DNA of 64,000 nt from Candidatus Saccharimonadales bacterium (lineage in GTDB: Bacteria > Patescibacteriota > Saccharimonadia > Saccharimonadales > DASZAF01), in NCBI GenBank assembly GCA_035945435.1, contig DASZAF010000031.1, positions 17,913-81,912 on the forward strand, in the 5' to 3' direction. Every line of letters begins with the position of its first letter. Position 1 is the first letter of the stretch. Shown here in pieces: positions 50,265-59,103 of the stretch. The translations under genes and the position numbers were made by a program. The notes below the pieces were generated by a model. It worked only from the letters and a program-made list of their open reading frames with translations, was not told the origin of the DNA and made no database searches.

Positions 50265-51448
50265 AAGATATTTGTCAGCCGGTTAAGAAGCGTTGGAGCA
50301 TTTGCTCCCGGTAACGTCCCTGACTTATTCTGGGTACTGTTTTTTTGTGGAATCGCCTGTGCGGCTGTAGACGGGTCTGGGCTGATCTGCTTGGCCTGAA
50401 CGATCAGTCGGTTTAGCGAAGTTCCTGGCGGCGTGCAGGTGATCAGGGAGAGCGTAGGTGTCGATGGGCTGGTGTCGATCAGTGAGAAGTCGTTCGGCGA
50501 GACAACTGCTTTGTTATAGACCTGATAGACATAGCGAGTTCCCTGGTAGTTCAACTCGACGACATCACCGTTATCGAGGTCACTAAGCAGGACAAACGCG
50601 AACTTGTAGTTACCTGGTGCATAGATTTCGTTGCTGGAGTGGCCGACAATGACGTCGTTGCCTATCTGACCCGGATACGTCGTCGTGCCGTAGTGGACAA
50701 CCCCGTTTTCAAGGCCGTTTTCGATGTCGGTGTTGTCATATGAAGTGATACCGTAGACAACTGGCACGTCGACCCCGATCTTCGGGATGATGATCTCGGG
50801 GTTTGGTCCGATGTCGGCAGCGGTTGTCGGGTCAATGATTATAGAGCCACCCTGGTCTGTTTTGGTGCCCGGGCTGACGTAATACTCGAACTCGGCAGCA
50901 ATAACGCTGTTGAACTGGACAAGCAAGAAGAGCAACCCCACCACAAGTCCACTAACTAGTGGTTTGAAATGTGGACTACGACGAACTTTTTTGGCTCTCT
51001 CTTCGACGTCCTTTCTTAGTCGCGACTTTATCTTTTTAAGATCCTCTTCTTCCTGTTCGGCTTTACCGGTGACCGTTTCAGTTGGCTGATGGATAGGTGT
51101 CTCTTTGGCTGGACTTGCCTGTCCGACCTCTTGCTGCTTCTGGGCGTGTAGCTGGTGTAGATAGTAGCGCTGGTAGTACTGCTGATAGTAGCTCTGCCAG
51201 GCGTTGTGGTACGTCTGCCAGTCGGGTTGTGGTGGCTGCGGCGGTTCTTCCCGATAGGTCTGCTGGTAGGTCGGAGGAATGGTTTGAGCTGAGGGCTGGA
51301 CCTGTGGTTGCACGGGAGTAGCTCCGCTCTTCTGATCGCTCTCATCGTAGATCTGAGCAATCTGTTTGCGGATTAAGTCAGTAGCCTCGTCCTGGTGCGG
51401 TTGCGGATGGGGCGTATCACGGGGTGGTATGTGGAGTGGCCTGTCCAT
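50261..51448 (-). CDS. Sortase-family transpeptidase with a Gln/Pro/Tyr-rich N-terminal region
   Basis: Catalytic motifs VGHSSN (His) and LSLITCTPPGT (TLxTC-type Cys); TM anchor. Confidence 0.8.
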   Translation of the reverse strand: MDRPLHIPPRDTPHPQPHQDEATDLIRKQIAQIYDESDQKSGATPVQPQVQPSAQTIPPTYQQTYREEPPQPPQPDWQTYHNAWQSYYQQYYQRYYLHQLHAQKQQEVGQASPAKETPIHQPTETVTGKAEQEEEDLKKIKSRLRKDVEERAKKVRRSPHFKPLVSGLVVGLLFLLVQFNSVIAAEFEYYVSPGTKTDQGGSIIIDPTTAADIGPNPEIIIPKIGVDVPVVYGITSYDNTDIENGLENGVVHYGTTTYPGQIGNDVIVGHSSNEIYAPGNYKFAFVLLSDLDNGDVVELNYQGTRYVYQVYNKAVVSPNDFSLIDTSPSTPTLSLITCTPPGTSLNRLIVQAKQISPDPSTAAQAIPQKNSTQNKSGTLPGANAPTLLNRLTNIF

Positions 51449-51506
51449 GAAGTTACCCTGTTTCTTCTTTCATTAGTGTACAATCATAGAGGTTATTTCT
51501 CAATTT

Positions 51507-51593
51507 GCCGGAGTGGTGGAATTGGCAGACACGCGGGACTCAAAATCCCGTGAGGGCGACCTCGTGAGAGTTCAAGTCTCTCCTCCGGCACCA
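51507..51593 (+). tRNA. tRNA-Leu (anticodon CAA), class II long variable arm, CCA encoded
   Basis: GCCGGAGTGGTGGAATTGGCAGACACGCGGGACTCAAAATCCCGTGAGGGCGACCTCGTGAGAGTTCAAGTCTCTCCTCCGGCACCA. Anticodon stem CGGGA/TCCCG, loop CT-CAA-AA. Confidence 0.9.
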
Positions 51594-51601
51594 TTTTGAC
51601 A

Positions 51602-52849
51602 TTATGCTTGATGACCGTTACCCGCAATCGCTAACCTCCCTGATGTGGCGGCTAATCGTTGGGCCATGTCGCGCCTGAACGACCTCATCAACTCTGTCAT
51701 AGAGGCTTTTGTGTAGCCACCTTCGCCCCTTGTAGCAGATATGAGTATCCGAAGTGCCCTTAGGGCCGTATCTCTGTCTGTTGTACCAACGCACTCTTTA
51801 ATGCCCCACGAAGTTATCTCCGGTATATAACCGCTGCCGCGAGTTCGTACACTGATACCTAGGGGCTTACTCCACTTATCTGAAGCTGCCCGTCTTCTAC
51901 TTGGTTTCAATACTTGGCCCCCACCAAGGCTACCCCTAAACCTTGGTTCTCTGGGCGGGCGGTCTCTTACAAAGCTGACAGCAAGGCCGTTCTCAGCCTG
52001 GATCTTAGCGCGCAGAACCCAGCCATTATCTCGGGCATGATGGAGACCGCTTGGTAGAGTAACTTGTGAGCTAACCAGAAGTTGTGCGACTGGGTCTAGC
52101 CCGCTTACGTTTTGTATCGCTTCTGCGTGTAAGCCAACGACAGAGACGTCCCAATTTTCGCGTAATCTACCTCCGTTATCAAGATCTTCCGATCTAGACA
52201 TAGCACCAGGGTATGCAGAGCGGTCTTGACGTTCAGTAGAGTTGAGAGCGACATACCTCGCGTGTCCAGACCTATCATGCGGTGCTCTGAGGTTGATGGC
52301 TAATATTGCAAAGAGCTCTGGAGTAAGACCTAAAAGAGCCGCCTTGGCCTCGTCGTGCGGTGTCTTCTGCCAGGCATGTAAGACACGCTCAGCAACTCCG
52401 GCTACTGCCAGTGAATAGCCACGGGTGTGCTCACTGGTGATCGGACCTCGTCTGGCTAACTGACTATAGATTGGGAGGGCCGCCAGGGCGAGTTCATAAC
52501 GAAACGGCCGATCGGCGAATCTGGGTTCACCTGCCGTATTCGGACCATGCGTAGAAAATAGGCGTTGAGCTTCTGTTAAGTGCGCCTCGACCTTACCAGC
52601 GGCTTCAGCTGTGCCGCCATCGATTGAACCACCATGAGCTCCGTACCAGAAAGCCGTTTCGACCTGTGGCCAACCAGCCATGGCCCTGTCGGCGGCATAT
52701 GGGGAATCCACTAGAGCTCCACCTATTCTGTGCAGCTGTCTAAGATCAATCGGAGCAGATGGCCCAGATAAAAAGTAGTGTTTCGACTTGTCGCCTTGCC
52801 GAACCCAGTCTTCGTGACGTTCGGGATCGGACATGTCTGCGTGCACCAT
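51602..52849 (-). CDS. Hypothetical protein (415 aa), putative paralog of 40605..41312
   Basis: Long ORF. Shares colinear motifs APIDL, SGHARYVALNS and AYP......DL..G with the 235-aa ORFan, and carries ~150 extra C-terminal residues. Confidence 0.6.
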   Translation of the reverse strand: MVHADMSDPERHEDWVRQGDKSKHYFLSGPSAPIDLRQLHRIGGALVDSPYAADRAMAGWPQVETAFWYGAHGGSIDGGTAEAAGKVEAHLTEAQRLFSTHGPNTAGEPRFADRPFRYELALAALPIYSQLARRGPITSEHTRGYSLAVAGVAERVLHAWQKTPHDEAKAALLGLTPELFAILAINLRAPHDRSGHARYVALNSTERQDRSAYPGAMSRSEDLDNGGRLRENWDVSVVGLHAEAIQNVSGLDPVAQLLVSSQVTLPSGLHHARDNGWVLRAKIQAENGLAVSFVRDRPPREPRFRGSLGGGQVLKPSRRRAASDKWSKPLGISVRTRGSGYIPEITSWGIKECVGTTDRDTALRALRILISATRGEGGYTKASMTELMRSFRRDMAQRLAATSGRLAIAGNGHQA

Positions 52850-52870
52850 GATTACTAATCGTGGGGCAGG

Positions 52871-53647
52871 TCACCTCATAGAGTTTGTGAGTACTTCAAA
52901 AGCCTTGGTAGGCTGCTGGAGTAGTCCAACGCATGCGGTCGCTGCCCTCGCGCCTTTTACTAACACAAGGCTGTCGCCGCACGGTGTGGTACTTACCTTG
53001 CCGTTGCTCGCAACGACCAAGTGTTGTTGATGCAACGTTATTATATGACACCTATACGTGATTGTAAACTTATGCAATGTATCGACAAGTTGCGCAAGCT
53101 GCATACTGAAAAGTAGCAGTTTTGGGAAGTGAACTGTCTGAAAGATCTTCTGAAGCTGCCCAAAAGTAACCATGACACAGAGATTTGACGAGTTGAGCCA
53201 TTCGCCTGCTTCCAGCCGGGCAATATCGACCGCATCGCGAGTAATGAGAGTCGGTATGTCTAACTTTAGCAGCTCGACCATGACTACGGCGGTTTCGGAG
53301 TTTCTGCCGGTGTCGCCAATGAGCAGAATCCCGTTGGCCCAACTAGCATAGGCTTTGATATCACCAAGTGCCTCTTTGCTAATCCCCCCGTTGGGCGTAC
53401 TCGATACGAATAGGCACTCAAATGGCGCGCTCTTGATATGGCGCTTAAGGGCATCGGGCAGGACGACACGACACTCCCCCACTCCAGATCGTAGTGCGGC
53501 TTCATAGGCTTGCATAACGGCCCCCATGCCGTGAACGTTACCGCCGACAATCAAGAGCCTCCCGGCTAGCGACTTCTGTTCGGGTCTGTTCCACTCGATC
53601 TCGGGGAACAGAGGCCTATCTGTCACCTGCTTGTGCCAGTACGTCAT
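52871..53647 (-). CDS. YjeF_C/carbohydrate-kinase-like protein (NAD(P)HX dehydratase-like)
   Basis: LLIVGGNVHGMGAVMQAYEAALRSGVG... pattern. Start set to ATG 53647 to avoid overlap with nfo (the track's TTG is at 53737). Confidence 0.55.
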   Translation of the reverse strand: MTYWHKQVTDRPLFPEIEWNRPEQKSLAGRLLIVGGNVHGMGAVMQAYEAALRSGVGECRVVLPDALKRHIKSAPFECLFVSSTPNGGISKEALGDIKAYASWANGILLIGDTGRNSETAVVMVELLKLDIPTLITRDAVDIARLEAGEWLNSSNLCVMVTFGQLQKIFQTVHFPKLLLFSMQLAQLVDTLHKFTITYRCHIITLHQQHLVVASNGKVSTTPCGDSLVLVKGARAATACVGLLQQPTKAFEVLTNSMR

Positions 53648-53672
53648 CGCATCCGGTGTCACGCGTGGTGTC

Positions 53673-54521
53673 CTATGCGTCTTTAACGATTGCCCTGAGA
53701 CGATCGAGATTAGCTTTATCTGGGCCCTTGCCTTCAAGTCCTGGTACTTCGAGGATACCAGGGATCGTTTTGAGCTTCGGGTGGGTCAAGATAGCTTTAA
53801 AGCCGTCGCGGCCGATGTAGCCGTCACCGATATTCTCGTGCCGGTCACGGTGCGTATCGAAGTCGGCTTTCGAGTCGTTGATATGCATAACGACGAGGTG
53901 CTCGAGGCCAATAAGACGATCAAAATCGTCGAGCATCTTGTCGCAGCCAGCCTTAGTCCTGAAGTCTATCCCGGAAGTAAACATATGGGCGGTATCAAGA
54001 CAGAACTTGATCCGAGGATGCCTGCCTGTACGCTTAAAGATTTCGGCTAGTTCCTCAAAGCTGTTGCCCATATTGCCACCAGCGCCGGCTGAGTTTTCGA
54101 GGACTGCGTAACAGCTTCCACCCTTGTCTATCTCAACCGCTTCAAGAAGCCCGTCAGCAAGGGCCTGAACGCGCGAGTCGAAGCCGTCTCCTTTGTGTGA
54201 ACCAAGATGAGTCACCACGCCGATACAACCGAGTGTTGTCCCAGTCGTCAGCATATTGCCAAGCCCGTCGATGGACTTTCGTCGTAAGGCTTCGTCGGTC
54301 GTTCCGTAGCTTGTTAGATAGAGCATGTGGATGAACGGAATCATGTTCTGCTCCTTGCAGGCCGCCTGAAAACGCTCACCTTCTTCCTTGGTGTAGACTT
54401 TCTGCTGCCAGCCTCGCGGATTGCCGGCAAAGAACTGGACGGCATCGCAACCGATATCCCGAGCTCGCTTCGGAAGGCCGGGCAGATCACCGGCGGTTGA
54501 AAGATGGGCACCGAATAACAT
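53673..54521 (-). CDS. nfo: Endonuclease IV (AP endonuclease, TIM barrel)
   Basis: MLFGAHLSTAG..., HINDSK and the other metal-ligand His/Asp/Glu positions typical of Nfo. Confidence 0.9.
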   Translation of the reverse strand: MLFGAHLSTAGDLPGLPKRARDIGCDAVQFFAGNPRGWQQKVYTKEEGERFQAACKEQNMIPFIHMLYLTSYGTTDEALRRKSIDGLGNMLTTGTTLGCIGVVTHLGSHKGDGFDSRVQALADGLLEAVEIDKGGSCYAVLENSAGAGGNMGNSFEELAEIFKRTGRHPRIKFCLDTAHMFTSGIDFRTKAGCDKMLDDFDRLIGLEHLVVMHINDSKADFDTHRDRHENIGDGYIGRDGFKAILTHPKLKTIPGILEVPGLEGKGPDKANLDRLRAIVKDA

Positions 54522-54560
54522 ATCCGTATTATACGGTTAGACGATCAGATAGCCAAAATC

Positions 54561-55679
54561 TCAGTTGAGGATCGTTTTTGGGTATGGTCCCTCTTTGAGT
54601 ATGCTGTGGACCATATTCCATTCTGACGGGTCGTGGAACTTGGTCATTCGCCAGTACCACCATTCACTGCCCCATAAGTACATGGTATGGATACCCGCTC
54701 CGTAACTGTACTGAACGTTCTGTTCAATCCCTTGAGCCGTCATGCTCTGAGCTTGCTGGGCGCTCGTCATATCGATCGTACCGACTGGCCCCCACGGCTC
54801 AGCCTGGAGTTCGTGAGTAAAGACCGATACGTGGAAGAGAAGCTCCAGAACACCAGCCCGATATGAATCCCACAGTGTCGGGACAAAGCTGTATGAGAAA
54901 TACGTGTGGATGATGCCAAACTTGGCATACACCTTGCGGTAGATTGAGAATCCAACTTCGTCGCCAATCGGGCCAAAGAGCGGAATTCCGGACTGGTTGC
55001 TGGCGTTGAGAATGAGCGGATGCTTCGAGTCGATGGCTTTAACTGCTGCTACCTCGGTCTTCAAGAAGCCTCTATTGAATGACGGACAGAACGGGCTAAA
55101 TAATCTGTTGGCGACCTCGTTTTCGAGCTGATAGCTCTGCAGAGCCGGATTATTCTTATAGCGGTCGACGACGACCTTTAGAAAACTGAGCACCTGCTGG
55201 TTCTGTTCGGAAGTTGGCAGATTGACCGCCCAGCCGGGGTCGTGACACTCAGGCCACCTAGGCTGTCGGCGGCCAATCGATAAGCTGACTTTGGCGCCAT
55301 ACGCCTGAGCTTCGTTCATCTGCCAATCAAGATCAGTGAAGTTATACTGACCTTTCAAGGGTTCGACATCGTTCCAGTAACTCATCAACCGGAAGTTCTT
55401 AAAGCCCATCTTAAGGAGTGCTAAGTAGTTGGCTCTCCAGTCAAGCCCAAGTGACTCTGAGTAGTCTTCCGAGAATGAGACACCTAAAACGAATGGATCA
55501 TTTCGGTGTTTATGCTGATACCAGACACCTATCGAGATGGCTAAGATCAACCAGGCAACGATCACTCCGAGTAGTATAATGAGGATGCGTTTATAATTGC
55601 GTTTGAACCAATGGCCAAGACTCTTCAGCAACGTAACAATTCGGTCGAGTGGTTTAGCGGTCTGTTTTTTCTTTTGCAT
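54561..55679 (-). CDS. Membrane-anchored TIM-barrel glycoside hydrolase-like protein (GH5/GH42-like)
   Basis: N-terminal TM. FKNFRLMSYWNDVEP..GQYNF and YQLENEV motifs are reminiscent of clan GH-A. Confidence 0.55.
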   Translation of the reverse strand: MQKKKQTAKPLDRIVTLLKSLGHWFKRNYKRILIILLGVIVAWLILAISIGVWYQHKHRNDPFVLGVSFSEDYSESLGLDWRANYLALLKMGFKNFRLMSYWNDVEPLKGQYNFTDLDWQMNEAQAYGAKVSLSIGRRQPRWPECHDPGWAVNLPTSEQNQQVLSFLKVVVDRYKNNPALQSYQLENEVANRLFSPFCPSFNRGFLKTEVAAVKAIDSKHPLILNASNQSGIPLFGPIGDEVGFSIYRKVYAKFGIIHTYFSYSFVPTLWDSYRAGVLELLFHVSVFTHELQAEPWGPVGTIDMTSAQQAQSMTAQGIEQNVQYSYGAGIHTMYLWGSEWWYWRMTKFHDPSEWNMVHSILKEGPYPKTILN

Positions 55680-55714
55680 ATACCCGAACTATATTGTAGG
55701 ATGTCTGTCCCAAA

Positions 55715-56410
55715 ATGAAAACGTTTATTGTCATACCCGTCTACAACGAAGAGGCTGCGATTGCCGAATGCCTCAAGTCTGTGACGGCTCAAACTGTCCC
55801 CTTTGACGGCATCGTAGTCGTTGACAACAACTGCCGTGACAGAACTATGGAGATCGTCAGGCAGTACCCGCAGGTCACAATTGTCGAGGAACCCCAACAA
55901 GGAATGTCGTTTGCCCGTAGCTGTGGCTTTGACTATGCGGCCCATCACGGAGCGGATATTCTCTGCCGGATCGATGCCGACGTCCGACTGCCAGAAAACT
56001 ACAACGAGGTTGTCCAGGAATACTTTAAAGTGCCTGGCCACTTCAAGACAGTCGCCATTACCGGGCCTTTACGGATCTACGATTCGTCACTCAAGCACTT
56101 CTTGCATCTGGAGAGCCATATGATCGGTAGCCTGACCAAACGTTTCATGGGCGGTAAGGTCTTCATCAGGGGCTGCAATATGGTCTTGCGTGCTGAGACC
56201 TGGCTGCAGATCCGTCGGCAGATGTCAGGCTTGGAGCGCATCCATGAGGATATGGATATAAGTTATCAGGCGGCTAAGTGTGGGCAGAACGTCTTCGTGT
56301 CGGATCTCATCGCCTACGTCTCATCACGGACGTATATTAAATCTCCTCGTCGCTCAGCGAACTACGTCTGGCGCTGGGTCTATAGTTTTTATTATCTACG
56401 TTCAAGCTAG
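55715..56410 (+). CDS. Family 2 glycosyltransferase
   Basis: FIVIPVYNEEAAIAECL...VVVDNNCRDRT...RIDADV (DxD). Confidence 0.85.
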   Translation: MKTFIVIPVYNEEAAIAECLKSVTAQTVPFDGIVVVDNNCRDRTMEIVRQYPQVTIVEEPQQGMSFARSCGFDYAAHHGADILCRIDADVRLPENYNEVVQEYFKVPGHFKTVAITGPLRIYDSSLKHFLHLESHMIGSLTKRFMGGKVFIRGCNMVLRAETWLQIRRQMSGLERIHEDMDISYQAAKCGQNVFVSDLIAYVSSRTYIKSPRRSANYVWRWVYSFYYLRSS

Positions 56411-56774
56411 CGTTGTAGAGAATGGTGCCGACTTTCTTACGTGGCTTTCGGGCAGCTAATTTGTCCTGCATGCGGTTGTAACTTTCAGATGACGTAATAA
56501 TGCCGATGTACTTCCGCCAGCGGACCAGCAGATAGAGGCACACGAAGTAGAGTCCAAAAAGAGCCACCCATAGGAATCTAAAAAGTGTCTGTGAGTGAGC
56601 CAGAGATGGGGAGATCAAAGTCAGACCGAGAAAGCTGGCCGGGTCAAGATTATCAGTATGACCCCCGAAGATACCGGAAATGAAGACCAGTGCTAAATGA
56701 AAAGATCCGCCGACAAATACGGTAAGGATTAGGGCCTGGAGAGCTCGCCTCCCGAAGCTGAACATGGATCCCAT
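56337..56774 (-). CDS. Small polytopic membrane protein (145 aa)
   Basis: Three hydrophobic helices. The C-terminal tail overlaps the convergent GT2 gene by 74 nt. Confidence 0.5.
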   Translation of the reverse strand: MGSMFSFGRRALQALILTVFVGGSFHLALVFISGIFGGHTDNLDPASFLGLTLISPSLAHSQTLFRFLWVALFGLYFVCLYLLVRWRKYIGIITSSESYNRMQDKLAARKPRKKVGTILYNASLNVDNKNYRPSARRSSLSDEEI

Positions 56775-56870
56775 TATACCGTGCCAATCTATCTTCGCCT
56801 AACAGTGATCTGTTTATAAAACTCAGTCACCTTATTGTGTTTGTCGCAACTATGTATTATTGTCATCGAT

Positions 56871-57926
56871 ATGACGATGGCAAGTTTAGAGCCACTGCGC
56901 CCATCTCCGCTGGTTGAGCACCTCAATGAGCACGGAAACGGCTGTATCTATGTCGAAGCTCCGGAGTCCGAGGAAGATGAGACGGCCGGCTACATCATCG
57001 ATGCCAGCCCCAGCACTTTACGCTATGGCACAGTTGGGATTGACGACGAAGAGGCCTTTCTCAACGAGACGCCGTACCTAACTCGTCGAAGCTACATCCG
57101 CCGCGGCCTCGGTGCTGCCGGCGCCTTTCTTCTCGGCCTTGGTGGCCTTGGCATTCAAAATGAACTGGCGCCAAATAGCACGGCGGCTCAGTTGGGTTCC
57201 CTGGCCTTCATGGCTGCCAGCTACACCGCCGGTTTCTTCATCGGCAGGCCGCTGTGGACGCACCGTAGGCTGGAGCAAGAACACCAGGATGCGCTCAGAG
57301 AGGCCGAGCGCGGCATGCGAACGATCAGACGTGAAGACCTCTGGATGAACCATGCTGAGCTTGAGGAAGCGACCAGGGCGAACGGGGTACTTGTGATGTC
57401 GCCGGACCTGAAGCTTGCCCGCCGAGGCGACACAATACGCGTCCGAGAAGAAGATATTGTATCTGTTGTCTCGTCTGTACCCGAAGAAGACGGACAGTTC
57501 CGCATTAACCTGGCCGACATCGCTCTGGCTGGCCTTGAACAGCTCAGTACTCAGGAAGCGAGAACCGCGTATTGGCAAGTAGCTGATTCGATCTTGCGGC
57601 GGCTTTATAGAAACCAGCTCGATCAGGATTTCGTACATTTGAGAGTCAGAGAACCTGGTCTCCGATACACTCGCTATCCGATTCCATTTGAGGAGAGAAG
57701 TGAGCGCATTCGCGGGGTGCTGCACATCGCCGGTACGCTGGCCGTAAGCGCTGCTCTGCTTGCCCGCGAAGAACTGTTAACCATCGATGGTCTTGGCGAT
57801 GACTTGGAACCCGAGCGTACTGAAATGAGGGCGGTCGTTGAAGGGGCTAACCCGATAGATAGCAGGTGGACCACATGGATTCCTAGGCTGGCACTCGAGC
57901 GACAACCTACCGCCACAGCAGCTTAG
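56871..57926 (+). CDS. Hypothetical two-TM protein (351 aa)
   Basis: Start set to ATG 56871, 10 nt after a TATTAT box. TM pairs LGAAGAFLLGLGGLGI and LGSLAFMAASYTAGFFI. No family recognised. Confidence 0.6.
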   Translation: MTMASLEPLRPSPLVEHLNEHGNGCIYVEAPESEEDETAGYIIDASPSTLRYGTVGIDDEEAFLNETPYLTRRSYIRRGLGAAGAFLLGLGGLGIQNELAPNSTAAQLGSLAFMAASYTAGFFIGRPLWTHRRLEQEHQDALREAERGMRTIRREDLWMNHAELEEATRANGVLVMSPDLKLARRGDTIRVREEDIVSVVSSVPEEDGQFRINLADIALAGLEQLSTQEARTAYWQVADSILRRLYRNQLDQDFVHLRVREPGLRYTRYPIPFEERSERIRGVLHIAGTLAVSAALLAREELLTIDGLGDDLEPERTEMRAVVEGANPIDSRWTTWIPRLALERQPTATAA

Positions 57927-58507
57927 AAGTCAATTCCCTTATTGGCTAGATATTTCTCGTCAAAGTGATGCTTTATCTTGGTCATCGAAGTGGCGATGTC
58001 AACCAGGTCGATAAACTCCCTCGGGAAGTTTCGACCCGTCAGACAGAGGCTTGTCTTTGAAGCCCGCTCAGTTATCAGTGTCTTGTACTGCTCGTCGTTA
58101 AGTAGCCCATCGTGAAGAGCGTTATTAATCTCATCACATATGACGAGGTCATAGTCGCCCGAGCGGAGGCAGTGGAGGGCAAAATTGTAGGTCTCTTGAG
58201 CGGCTTGCCTATGCTCGGCTTCGGAGACGTTTTTGGCGCTCATCTCTCCAGCGTTGTAAAAGCCTTTACCGCCCTTGTAGAAGGTCAGTTTATCCTCAAA
58301 GACGGGCTGGATCCTGCGTATGAACTTGTGCTCCCCAACCTCCCAGTGCTTGATGAACTGGATATACGCTACCCGCCAGTCGTTACCAAGTGCCCGGCAC
58401 ATCAGGCCAATACTAGCGCTTGTCTTGCCTTTGCTTTCTCCGGTGTAAACAAGAACCACGCTCTCCTTGGTCTTGTAATCATCGAACATATATCTAGAGC
58501 GCGCCAA
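57923..58507 (-). CDS. Cob(I)alamin/corrinoid adenosyltransferase-like protein (CobA/CobO/BtuR family)
   Basis: VLVYTGESKGKTSASIGLMCRALGNDWRVAYIQFIK....GE and LVICDEIN motifs. Confidence 0.8.
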   Translation of the reverse strand: MARSRYMFDDYKTKESVVLVYTGESKGKTSASIGLMCRALGNDWRVAYIQFIKHWEVGEHKFIRRIQPVFEDKLTFYKGGKGFYNAGEMSAKNVSEAEHRQAAQETYNFALHCLRSGDYDLVICDEINNALHDGLLNDEQYKTLITERASKTSLCLTGRNFPREFIDLVDIATSMTKIKHHFDEKYLANKGIDF

Positions 58508-58751
58508 CTTCTTTTAGACGAGATTCAATCTTAGGACGATCAAAGCCGATGATAATGTCGCCGTCGATGTCTGTTATGGGGACAACGGGCTGGTTGGCCT
58601 TCTGGATCGCCTCGTGATAGGCATCGACATCAGTCGTGATGTCTTTCTCAGTAAAGTCGACTTTCTTGTCCTTCAGCCAGACTTTCTCCATGTGGCAGAA
58701 GCCGCAAGTAGGTGTGGTGTAGATAGTAACTTTTGCCATAGTCTTACCCAA
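58494..58751 (-). CDS. Glutaredoxin/NrdH-like small redoxin
   Basis: VTIYTTPTCGFCHMEKVWL (CxxC) on a thioredoxin fold; 85 aa. Confidence 0.85.
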   Translation of the reverse strand: MGKTMAKVTIYTTPTCGFCHMEKVWLKDKKVDFTEKDITTDVDAYHEAIQKANQPVVPITDIDGDIIIGFDRPKIESRLKEVGAL

Positions 58752-58830
58752 GTTTCTTACCTATTAATTATAGCCTTTTCACGCTGATTTCTCAACATAA
58801 GTGTCGCTAACTTGAGGCAATATCCACTTC

Positions 58831-59103
58831 ATGCTATATTTTAGGTATATGCAGAGTCCACATGCAGAGCGTGGTCGGGATGACGTTGCCTTGAAGACAG
58901 CGTTACTTCTCTTGGTTACGCTCGCTGATACGACCTGGCGGATTTTTGTGCCAGTCGGCGGTCTCGCCGGCATCGGCATTTGGGCGGACCTTCACTACCA
59001 TACTAAGCCGTGGATTACGTTCAGCGGCGTGGCGGTCGGCTTCGTCATCGCTTTCTTCCTCATTCGCCAGCAGCTTAAGGCAGTTATGAAAGGGACTCAC
59101 TAG
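58831..59103 (+). CDS. AtpI/AtpZ-like small membrane protein of the ATP synthase operon
   Basis: Two TM helices, directly abuts atpB. The start may be M7 (58849). Confidence 0.6.
   Translation: MLYFRYMQSPHAERGRDDVALKTALLLLVTLADTTWRIFVPVGGLAGIGIWADLHYHTKPWITFSGVAVGFVIAFFLIRQQLKAVMKGTH

Noticed and set aside
55625-56041. 138-aa minus-strand ORF
   Set aside because: It is antisense to the well-supported GT2 gene and overlaps the start region of the GH-like gene. No independent signals support it.
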